Source: Candidatus Sumerlaeia bacterium
GTDB lineage: Bacteria; Sumerlaeota; Sumerlaeia; SLMS01; JAHLLQ01
Direction of reading: 5' to 3'
NCBI GenBank assembly: GCA_028284075.1
Contig: JANQSL010000056.1
Coordinates: 4,564-68,563, forward strand
Length of the DNA: 64,000 nt
The first letter of the stretch is position 1, and each line of letters opens with the position of its first letter. The translations under genes and the position numbers were made by a program. Shown in pieces: positions 50,593 to 58,737 of the stretch. A model generated the notes under the pieces. It was not told the origin of the DNA and did not search any database. It saw nothing but the letters and a program-made list of their open reading frames with translations.

Positions 50593-51211
50593 AACCATCC
50601 AGGATGGGCCTCAGACGACCAACCGGTTGAAGTTCCAGACGAAGAACCCCGTCGTGATTCACATGCTCGAAGGATTCTTTTCCGCCCTGCGGAAAGAGCT
50701 TTTGCACTTCAGGCCGGCAACTGTCCTGGATGCCGGTTGTGGTGAAGCGGAAACCATTGAACGTCTCCGCGACGTTATGCCTCCGCTTGTGGAGGGCGTT
50801 GATATCCGTGCCGACTGCATTGCCTTTGCAGAAAACCGTTTTCCGCAGTTTCGGTTTCAGGAGGGCAGTGTTTACGAGCTGCCCTTTGACGACCGGTCCT
50901 TTGATCTTGTTATGTGTTGTGAAGTGCTGGAGCATCTCGACTCCCCCGGCGAGGCACTGCGTGAGTTGTGCCGTGTCGCGCGCAAGGGGCTTTTGCTCAG
51001 CGTTCCCCACGAGCCCTGGTTTCGTCTCGGCAGTCTGGCGCGTGGTCGATACCTGAGAACATTCGGCAATCATCCTGAGCACGTGCAGCATTGGAACCTC
51101 ACCACCTTCAATCGGCTTGTGAAAGGTATTTCACCCGGAGCACGCGTGAAGAGTGCTTTTCCCTGGATGATTGCAAGTGTGCCCCTGGGGTTGAGCGGGA
51201 GAAAACTCTAG
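50558..51211 (+). CDS. Class I SAM-dependent methyltransferase
   Basis: Motif I VLDAGCGEAE and the post-motifs DLVMCCEVLEHL. The start may be the internal M at 50663, because the first 35 codons overlap the upstream gene. Confidence 0.7.
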   Translation: MSVQKVSGVEGRTIQDGPQTTNRLKFQTKNPVVIHMLEGFFSALRKELLHFRPATVLDAGCGEAETIERLRDVMPPLVEGVDIRADCIAFAENRFPQFRFQEGSVYELPFDDRSFDLVMCCEVLEHLDSPGEALRELCRVARKGLLLSVPHEPWFRLGSLARGRYLRTFGNHPEHVQHWNLTTFNRLVKGISPGARVKSAFPWMIASVPLGLSGRKL

Positions 51212-51214
51212 GCC

Positions 51215-51640
51215 ATGAGATTCGAGAGGTTCAGTAAATACTCAGTTGTTTCCGGTATCAGCTTCGGCATGAATTTCGGACTTACGGCGGCGCTTTGTCA
51301 GTTGATGGCTCTTCCCGAGGAGACGGCTTTCGCGATCGCTCTCGCATCCGTCTTTACCATGAATTTTCTGTTTATGCGCCACTGGGTATATGACGATCGT
51401 CTTTCCACGACCGACGGCATTCGACAATTTCGCTTCTGCATTATCGTGAGCTGCTTCTTCAGAATGGCGGAATGGCTCTCCTTCGTCCTGCTGAACTGGT
51501 TGTTGGTTCTGCACTATCTTGTCATCTTGACCATTGTGACAAGTGGGTCATTCACAATAAAGTTCTTTGTATACGATCGGCTGGTCTTTGCCTCCGGGAA
51601 CACGGCGGCGGGGGACAAGAGGCTGGAGTCAAATACGTAA
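51215..51640 (+). CDS. GtrA family membrane protein
   Basis: A small four-helix protein with GtrA-like pattern. Adjacent to the GtrB-like GT2 gene. Confidence 0.75.
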   Translation: MRFERFSKYSVVSGISFGMNFGLTAALCQLMALPEETAFAIALASVFTMNFLFMRHWVYDDRLSTTDGIRQFRFCIIVSCFFRMAEWLSFVLLNWLLVLHYLVILTIVTSGSFTIKFFVYDRLVFASGNTAAGDKRLESNT

Positions 51641-51708
51641 GAAACTGGCTTTGCCGCGTGGCGATCGGTGGATCGCCGCCCGGAAATTGAACACGGAGAT
51701 GAGCAAAT

Positions 51709-52419
51709 ATGAAACACTCTGAACTCAGACGGGAGGTTTGTTTGCTCAATCGGCGCATAGTCGACTCCGGCCTTTCAATGCTGACATGGGGGAATGCGAG
51801 CATTGTCGATCGAGCGTCAGGCTGTTTCGGAATCAAACCGAGCGGTGTTGCCTATGATGATCTCACTGAAGACTCCATCGTCGTGCTGTCAATTGAGACA
51901 GGGGATAAAATCGAGGGCCCACTGAGACCCTCCTCAGATACACCTACGCATCTGGAGCTTTATCGCTCGATTCCCGGACTTGGAGCCATTGTGCATACGC
52001 ATTCTCCCTGGGCGACCATCTGGGCTCAGGCTCGGATGGAGATACCGTGCTTTGGCACAACCCACGCCGATCATTTTTTTGGCCCCATTCCCGTGACACG
52101 CGAGATGCACCCCGATGAAATCAGGAACGACTATGAGCACAATACAGGCCGCGTGATTATTGAGAAATTCTCCAGTGACGGAATCAATCCACTGGAGGTT
52201 CCCGCCGTTTTGGTGGCTTCCCACGGCCCATTCGTATGGGGTAAAAATGGGAACGAGGCGCTCGACAATGCGGTGGTGCTTGAACAGGTGGCAAAGATGG
52301 CCTTGCAAACCGGCAGATTGAACCCTGATGCGGGGCCACTCAGTGAAGCTTTGCTTTCGAAGCATTTTTTGCGCAAACACGGCAAGTCAGCGTACTACGG
52401 CCAGCCCGACGAGCAATAG
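51709..52419 (+). CDS. Class II aldolase/adducin family protein (L-ribulose-5-phosphate 4-epimerase AraD-like)
   Basis: AraD/FucA-like pattern including the HTHSPWAT metal-binding region. 236 aa. Confidence 0.8.
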   Translation: MKHSELRREVCLLNRRIVDSGLSMLTWGNASIVDRASGCFGIKPSGVAYDDLTEDSIVVLSIETGDKIEGPLRPSSDTPTHLELYRSIPGLGAIVHTHSPWATIWAQARMEIPCFGTTHADHFFGPIPVTREMHPDEIRNDYEHNTGRVIIEKFSSDGINPLEVPAVLVASHGPFVWGKNGNEALDNAVVLEQVAKMALQTGRLNPDAGPLSEALLSKHFLRKHGKSAYYGQPDEQ

Positions 52420-52550
52420 CTCGCTCCCCGATTCGTTTCTGATACCGGAGAGCTCTCATCCGCCAGAGCCTGTTCCCTCTTGTCACCCGGGACGGACAGC
52501 TCCCAGTCTCCGCGGGCTTCGCTTCATTCTGCTGTTCGTGAGGATTTGAA

Positions 52551-53273
52551 ATGCCCCCGCGGAAAAAGGTTCGGCTCAGCATTGTCCTGCCATGTTACAA
52601 CGAGGCACGTGGAATACGACGACTGCTGGATCAGTATAAGGAAGCCGGAAAAGGAATTCGCTTTGAACTGATCCTTGTGGACAATGGATCCACCGACGAC
52701 ACTCAGTCCGTTCTGCAGGACCTTCTTCCCGAGTATCCGTTTGCCCGTTGTGTGAGAATTGTTCAGAACCAGGGTTATGGACACGGGATTTTTACAGGAC
52801 TCTCAGAGGCAAGAGGAGATATTCTCGCCTGGTCTCATGCTGATCTGCAGACTCATCCGAAGGACGTCTTTCGATCTTTGAGGAAATTCAGAAAGTGCGG
52901 TTGTCCCGCAAGGCTTGTTGTTAAGGGGCAAAGATACGGGAGAGCTCCGGGAGAATGGATTATCAGTCGCGGAATGGAAATCGTTGCGATGGTTCTTCTG
53001 AGGCGTTTTATCGGTGAAATCAATGCACAGCCAAAGCTGTTTCGAAGAGAGTTGATGGACGAGCTTGAGGATCCTCCTGTCGATTTTAATTTTGATGTTT
53101 ATGTTCTGTACAAGGCTCTTCAGAGCGGTTGGAGGATATCATCCATACCGGTACGTTTTCCGCCTCGCGAGTACGGTGAAAGCAACTGGTCGGCGACCTG
53201 GAAATCGAAGCTTCGGACCATCACAAAAAGCATTCGTTTCATGGCTCGGCTCGGAGGAGGCGGTGTCAATTGA
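52551..53273 (+). CDS. Glycosyltransferase family 2
   Basis: LSIVLPCYNEA...LVDNGSTDDT...HADLQ motifs. Confidence 0.85.
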   Translation: MPPRKKVRLSIVLPCYNEARGIRRLLDQYKEAGKGIRFELILVDNGSTDDTQSVLQDLLPEYPFARCVRIVQNQGYGHGIFTGLSEARGDILAWSHADLQTHPKDVFRSLRKFRKCGCPARLVVKGQRYGRAPGEWIISRGMEIVAMVLLRRFIGEINAQPKLFRRELMDELEDPPVDFNFDVYVLYKALQSGWRISSIPVRFPPREYGESNWSATWKSKLRTITKSIRFMARLGGGGVN

Positions 53274-53899
53274 CCTGGTGGTTTTTCGCTCTTCAACCTG
53301 AGCAGAGTCTTTACGACAGAGTTTCCCGGCTCAAGGAACAGGCGGCCCTTCAATGCGGACCACAGCTTTATCTCACGGACCCTCCCCATACCACGGTGTA
53401 TCTTGCCTGCTATGAAGCGGCTGAGAGAGTTCATGAGGCCATGTCAGGTTTCTCCGAGTCACGTCCCGGTCCTCCAGAGTGCAGGATCACCGGATGGCAT
53501 GTTTTTCAATCTGACCCTCTCACGGGGAACGATACCCTTGTTTGCAGGTTGAGCGAGGATTGCACGAACTCTCTTCGGCTTTTCCAAAAGAACCTGGTGG
53601 AGGCGGCGGCTCCGCTCAGAAGTATAGCCGGAACGGCACAGCGCTATGCAGCCCGTCTTGAAAAGCTGACTCAGCCTGAGCGTGCGAACATCGACCATTA
53701 TGGATTTCCGTTTGTCGGAGATGTCTGGCAGCCTCACATAACAATCGCTTCCTTCGTTCCAGCGGATCTGGTCCGGTGTTTTCCCGTTCTTGAGGACGGT
53801 TGTCCGACTGGCGGCTACACCTACAGTACTCTGGTGCTTTATCGACTCAGGGACGGTGTCCCTGTCGTGGAGAGAACCCTCGCTCTGGAGCCATCCTAG
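53270..53899 (+). CDS. 2H phosphoesterase superfamily protein (LigT/2',3'-cyclic phosphodiesterase-like)
   Basis: Two H-x-T/S-x motifs (PHTTVY and PHITIAS), with a LigT-like N-terminus and length. Confidence 0.6.
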   Translation: MTWWFFALQPEQSLYDRVSRLKEQAALQCGPQLYLTDPPHTTVYLACYEAAERVHEAMSGFSESRPGPPECRITGWHVFQSDPLTGNDTLVCRLSEDCTNSLRLFQKNLVEAAAPLRSIAGTAQRYAARLEKLTQPERANIDHYGFPFVGDVWQPHITIASFVPADLVRCFPVLEDGCPTGGYTYSTLVLYRLRDGVPVVERTLALEPS

Positions 53900-53952
53900 T
53901 GCGCTTTTCCACCCGAGCACGGACTCTTTTTCGTCCTGCAACAACTGTTTCC

Positions 53953-55062
53953 ATGCTTGCCAGCCTGGTAAGCGGGAAGAGGCGGGCCCCGCTTGGCATC
54001 CAGTTGCGACGCATTATCGCCTGGTTGTCCTGGCGGTACAGATACCTTGTCGGATTTACTGTCATCGGTTTTCTGTCGATTGCTCTGGAGGTGTTTCTCT
54101 GGATGAAGGTTTGGCCGGATACCTGGTCGCAGGATCTCGGCATGTCAGTGGCGTTTATGGTGGGCCTTGCCGCGGCATTCTATGGAAATGCAAAACTGAA
54201 CTTTCGTGTCTCCCGTCGGTTCTGGTGGTATTCCTTCGGAATATTCACGCTGATTTCCTTCTTCAGCCTGGCGCTCCAGCTTGGAATCATGCACAATTTG
54301 GAAGACGTTTCGTGGGGTACTTTTCCTCTCTCGCGATTCGCCGTCTCCGGATCGCTTTTCCTGTTCATCTACTATCTTCACAGCCGATTTGCTTTCCGCC
54401 GATCAATGAAAAACCTCGGAATTGCAGTCTATGTCGAGCCTGACTGCAAGGTGTCGGATATCTATTCAAGCGTTGGTGATCAGTGTGACCATATTCACAT
54501 AGATCTGGTCGATCACACATTTCGGGAGGATGCCGTGGTCGATCTGAAGGTTTTACGGAAAGCGAAACAAACCTGGCCCTGGCATCCTTTCTGTGCTCAT
54601 CTCATGACTCGCCACCCGGTTCGGTGGATTCGGAAAATGTGGAAGCACGTTGATCTGTTCCTCATTCACCTTGGCATCGAAGATGATCCGATGGAAGCGA
54701 TCGCGGTCTGCCGTTCCAAAAACAGGCTCGTCGGTATCGTGTGGAACTCCGGACAGAAGATTGGCGACATGCTTCCCTATCTGCCTCACGTAGACGTCGT
54801 GATGGTTCTTGGAATTGAGAAGCCCGGTTATTCCGGCCAGCCTGTTCTTCCACAGGCTTATCACTATGCCACACTTCTCTTTGAGCTGGCGAATCGATAT
54901 GGTTTCGAACTGGCATTCGACGGAGGAGTGAACCGCAAGACGATCCATCAGATTCCGGCAAACATCATTACCTCGTCCTCAGCCGTACTCCAAAGCGAGA
55001 ACCCGATCTTCTCAATCTACGAACTTGTCTCCGGTGGCGGGCGGCATGACAGCAAACACTGA
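53953..55062 (+). CDS. Fusion protein: N-terminal GtrA-like four-helix membrane domain plus C-terminal ribulose-phosphate 3-epimerase (RPE) family TIM-barrel domain
   Basis: C-terminal RPE signature HIDLVD...HLMTRHP...VDVVMVLGIEKPGYSGQ...FDGGVN. The N-terminal ~150 aa is GtrA-like. Start MLASLVSG inside ORF 53800..55062. Confidence 0.7.
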   Translation: MLASLVSGKRRAPLGIQLRRIIAWLSWRYRYLVGFTVIGFLSIALEVFLWMKVWPDTWSQDLGMSVAFMVGLAAAFYGNAKLNFRVSRRFWWYSFGIFTLISFFSLALQLGIMHNLEDVSWGTFPLSRFAVSGSLFLFIYYLHSRFAFRRSMKNLGIAVYVEPDCKVSDIYSSVGDQCDHIHIDLVDHTFREDAVVDLKVLRKAKQTWPWHPFCAHLMTRHPVRWIRKMWKHVDLFLIHLGIEDDPMEAIAVCRSKNRLVGIVWNSGQKIGDMLPYLPHVDVVMVLGIEKPGYSGQPVLPQAYHYATLLFELANRYGFELAFDGGVNRKTIHQIPANIITSSSAVLQSENPIFSIYELVSGGGRHDSKH

Positions 55063-56566
55063 CATCAAGTCTCTCATTCGCGAGGCAATCTGGACGGTTG
55101 GAAAGACACATGACGAAATTGTGTCCGTCACTTTGGTGGGAAGCTTTACCTCCGGAGAAGGCCTTGATGGAATATCCGACATCGATACCATCGTTATTGT
55201 GGACTCGTTGAGCAAGCGTTCATTCGACCTCATTTGTGAGTCCTTCCGGCAGCGGGTTTCCCCCGTCGTCGAACAGGCGGGGTACAGTCTTCGCATCAAC
55301 CCGACACTCGGGCCTCTAAAGTTTAACGATGCGCGAACTGCAGTTCTTCATTTGATGTTCTACACACGGGAAACACACCGAAGGCATGTGATTTCCAGCC
55401 CGTTCACCTGTCTCGACTGGCAAAATTCGCCAATCTTTATCAAGGAATCACTGAGGAGTGTTTATCCCGCCTGGAGGCTTCAGCCAAGACACTTTCTGGG
55501 AGCGAGGCGAAGCCCGAAGGAATACCTCGGAGACTTCCTGAAGAGCCGAATCGGCTATCGGAAATATGAGTTTGATCAGAATGGGCACAGCGAGGTGCTG
55601 TGCTATCAGGAGATGAGCACACGCGATCGCCACGAATTCGCCTATCACATCATGAAGTTTTTGATGTCGAATCTGTGCAAGCTGGTTCAGCGAATGGACG
55701 AGGCACCCTGTTCCGAGGATCTGCCACAAGAGTACTTCAGGAGTTTTCCAGCAGGTGAAAGAGAGTTTACCCGACTCTTCAGACTTTTGGAAAGCAAAAA
55801 ACACTCACTTGATTTTGAAGAACCGGTCATTCGACTCGACGAAATCGTCATTTCGTTTGTCGAGGAATTTCAAAGGCAGTTCGAGCAGGAATTTGTAACG
55901 GATTCAACTGTGCATCTTGCAGTTCGGCACGCCCCGACCTCAATGAATCTATTGCCGTCCGGCGGGGTTGTTTTTCAGGGATGTCGCTCCAATCCATCCA
56001 TCCTGCCACCCGACCCGGCGGCTCTCGAGGCACTCGCGGAGAGTCTTTCCGGGCACAAAATAGAGAAAGCGATTTGCTCGCCGCTCGCCCGTGCCATGGA
56101 AACCATTGATGCAGTCTCAAGGTTTCTGGACTTCGAGATGGTGAAGCACGTTGATCAGAGGCTGACCGAGATGGACTATGGTGATCTGGACGGCAGCCGG
56201 CTTGAGACGGCAAAAGCAATGTGCCCCGGGCTTTTTGCTGCCTGGGGTCGTGGGGAGGATCCTCCCTTTCCGGGAGGTGAGTGCTCTCTCGATGTCAGTC
56301 GGCGTGTTTTACCCTGCATTGAGGAACACTTGCATGCCGCCGCTCCGGCCGGCGTACTGGTTACACACAACGTTGTTTTGCGTGTATTGACGGGCCAGAG
56401 TCTGGGAGTTCCGATGTCGGACTGGTACAGGATCAAAATCCCTCACCTTGAGCCCTTGCGTATTGTGTCGACCAAACGTTTCGGAATCTTTGTGGATCTC
56501 GATTCCAACCAGGAATCAGACATGTTCTCCGGCTTTGCTTCTCCCGGGGGAGGAGTTGAGCGCTAA
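55046..56566 (+). CDS. Fusion protein: polymerase-beta-like nucleotidyltransferase domain plus C-terminal histidine phosphatase (phosphoglycerate-mutase-like) domain
   Basis: N-terminal GSFTSGEGLDGISDIDTIVIV (GS...DxD) motif. C-terminal RHAPT...LVTHNVVLRV with histidine-phosphatase branch-1 pattern. Confidence 0.7.
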   Translation: MTANTDIKSLIREAIWTVGKTHDEIVSVTLVGSFTSGEGLDGISDIDTIVIVDSLSKRSFDLICESFRQRVSPVVEQAGYSLRINPTLGPLKFNDARTAVLHLMFYTRETHRRHVISSPFTCLDWQNSPIFIKESLRSVYPAWRLQPRHFLGARRSPKEYLGDFLKSRIGYRKYEFDQNGHSEVLCYQEMSTRDRHEFAYHIMKFLMSNLCKLVQRMDEAPCSEDLPQEYFRSFPAGEREFTRLFRLLESKKHSLDFEEPVIRLDEIVISFVEEFQRQFEQEFVTDSTVHLAVRHAPTSMNLLPSGGVVFQGCRSNPSILPPDPAALEALAESLSGHKIEKAICSPLARAMETIDAVSRFLDFEMVKHVDQRLTEMDYGDLDGSRLETAKAMCPGLFAAWGRGEDPPFPGGECSLDVSRRVLPCIEEHLHAAAPAGVLVTHNVVLRVLTGQSLGVPMSDWYRIKIPHLEPLRIVSTKRFGIFVDLDSNQESDMFSGFASPGGGVER

Positions 56567-57339
56567 TGGAATATCAGATTGTCGTACCGATGGCGGGCGA
56601 AGGACAAAGATTCCGAGATGCCGGCTTCAGCGTTCCCAAGCCTTTGATCCCCGTGGGAAATGTTCCCATGGTTGTTCGAGTCATAAGAGACCTGCCCGCG
56701 GCATGTCGTGTGATTTTTCTTGCGAGAAGCGCACATCTTGAAAATTACCCTCTTGAGGAGGAGCTTAAAAGAGAGGTGCCTGACGCCGTTGTTGTCCCCG
56801 TTAGGGAACTGACTGAAGGGCAGGCCTGCACAGTACGCCTCGCAGCTGACTCACTTCTGTCGGACTGTCCCGTTATCGTTGCGGCATGCGACAACACACA
56901 TCTCTACAATCTCGAACTGCATGACCGACTGATGGCGCCCGGTGGTCCGGAGTGTCTTGTCTGGACCTATCGAAACGATTCTCGCGTTCTGCCCAATCCG
57001 AACCAGTTTGGGTGGGTCGTTGAGGAAGACGGTGATGTCATCCGTGTTTCCTGTAAGGAGCCTGTTTCAAGGAGACCGATAGCGGATCATGCCTTGAGCG
57101 GTTTTTTCACATTTCGGAGTCCGGCAATCATGATCGAGGGGATCGATGCTCTTGTGAGAAGCGATGAGCGCATCAACGGCGAATTCTACATGGATGTTGT
57201 GCCGAATCTTCTCATTGCCCAAGGGCACAGAGTAAGCGTCTTTGAAGTGGAGAAATATGTCGGATGGGGAACCCCGCAGGACTTAAGGGACTACAACCTG
57301 TGGGCTGAATACTTTGGCCGGACGGAGTCGGGTGGATAG
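56566..57339 (+). CDS. Sugar/polyol-phosphate cytidylyltransferase-like nucleotidyltransferase (IspD/TarI/LicC-like)
   Basis: N-terminal VVPMAGEGQRF...VPKPLIPV matches the IspD/TarI-type signature. Coupled start (ATGG) with the upstream gene. Confidence 0.7.
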   Translation: MEYQIVVPMAGEGQRFRDAGFSVPKPLIPVGNVPMVVRVIRDLPAACRVIFLARSAHLENYPLEEELKREVPDAVVVPVRELTEGQACTVRLAADSLLSDCPVIVAACDNTHLYNLELHDRLMAPGGPECLVWTYRNDSRVLPNPNQFGWVVEEDGDVIRVSCKEPVSRRPIADHALSGFFTFRSPAIMIEGIDALVRSDERINGEFYMDVVPNLLIAQGHRVSVFEVEKYVGWGTPQDLRDYNLWAEYFGRTESGG

Positions 57340-57389
57340 AATTCCCCCCGTCTGGACAAGCCGATTCCGATCAGACAGGAACAATCAGG

Positions 57390-58109
57390 ATGCTCTTCGA
57401 AATCGCCAAAAACAGTTTTTTTCTGCAGAATGCCGTCGTCAATATTGTAACAGGCATACATCCCTCCATCATGCATAATCTGGGCAAGATGGAAATCATC
57501 AAGAAAGCCCTGTTTCACTGTGAACTTGAAGACATCCAGGGGAGTTATTTTGAGTTTGGAGTGTTCGAGGGAACGTCACTTCTTGCGGCGGTCAAGGCGC
57601 ATGGCGCCATCAAGTCGAAGATCAGGCGTCGATTTTATGGATTCGACTCCTTCGACGAGGGTTTCAAGTACTTTCAGGAGGATGATAATCACCCCTTCTT
57701 CAAGGAAGGCGACTTCACAAGCTCATTCAAGAGAGTCAAAAAACGGCTCTCTCGTTACCACAACATCAAGTTGATCAAAGGCTACTTTGAGAAAACGGTG
57801 AAAGGCCGGCCTCGGGAGGAAATCTGTGGCTCTGACAGATGTGCTGTCTTGTTCATTGACTGTGACCTGAAGGGTCCCGCCGCCATCGCCCTCGAATTCG
57901 CACGCCCACTCCTGCAGAAGGGCAGTGTGATCATTCTTGACGATTACTGGGCTTACCGCGGCTCGATGAAAAAGGGGACTGCTGGAGCACTCGAGGAGTT
58001 TCTGGGTGAGCACGGCGGGATTGAGGTTCGCCGGTATCACGACTATGGATACGGTGGTGCTTCCTTTATCGTCACCGCCTGTCCTGAGAACGAGGAGAAA
58101 GCCTCGTGA
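57390..58109 (+). CDS. TylF/MycF/NovP-family O-methyltransferase-like protein
   Basis: EFGVFEGTSL (SAM motif I) and FIDCDL...IILDDY pattern. GC is lower than the upstream genes. Confidence 0.65.
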   Translation: MLFEIAKNSFFLQNAVVNIVTGIHPSIMHNLGKMEIIKKALFHCELEDIQGSYFEFGVFEGTSLLAAVKAHGAIKSKIRRRFYGFDSFDEGFKYFQEDDNHPFFKEGDFTSSFKRVKKRLSRYHNIKLIKGYFEKTVKGRPREEICGSDRCAVLFIDCDLKGPAAIALEFARPLLQKGSVIILDDYWAYRGSMKKGTAGALEEFLGEHGGIEVRRYHDYGYGGASFIVTACPENEEKAS

Positions 58110-58708
58110 AGTATATCGTTCATCGCGTCAATGATCCGGACCGGCTCGAGTCGCTGGACCCCTCCATGGGAGTTGAAATCGACCTGAGAGACAAGGGAGG
58201 GCGGTTGATTATGGAGCACGACCCTTTCTCTGACGGCCCCGACTTCGATGGATATCTTGCCCGCTATCGCCACGACACGATGATCTTGAACATCAAGAGC
58301 GAGGCGATCGAATGGCGGGTTCTGGAGGAGATTCAAAAAGCCGGAACAGTTCGCGACTACTTCTTTCTGGACAGCAGCTTTCCCATGATCATGAAGCTCG
58401 TCGCAAAGGGCGAAAGAAGAGTGGCCGTACGCTTCAGCGAACGTGAGCCCATCGAATATGCGCTGGCATTGGCCGGGAAAATTGACTGGGTCTGGGTGGA
58501 TTGCTTTACCCGGTTGCCTCTCGACGGGACATCCTATCCTCAGCTCAAGAAGCACTTCAAGATCTGTATCGTTTCGCCGGAACTTCAGGCCCACTCTCTG
58601 GATCGGATACCTGAGTTCGCACAGATCCTTGCCGAGATGCCGGTCGACGCCATCTGTACAAAGCGGCCGGAGCTCTGGGACGCGGCTCTGAACGGAAAAA
58701 CACAGTAA
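58106..58708 (+). CDS. Glycerophosphodiester phosphodiesterase (GDPD/PI-PLC-like) family protein
   Basis: N-terminal HR...E.D catalytic pattern (IVHRVNDPDRLES...EIDLRDKGGRLIMEHD). ATGA overlap with the upstream gene. Confidence 0.55.
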   Translation: MKYIVHRVNDPDRLESLDPSMGVEIDLRDKGGRLIMEHDPFSDGPDFDGYLARYRHDTMILNIKSEAIEWRVLEEIQKAGTVRDYFFLDSSFPMIMKLVAKGERRVAVRFSEREPIEYALALAGKIDWVWVDCFTRLPLDGTSYPQLKKHFKICIVSPELQAHSLDRIPEFAQILAEMPVDAICTKRPELWDAALNGKTQ

Positions 58709-58737
58709 GTTCATGCGGCCATGGAATCAGGAGTAAC

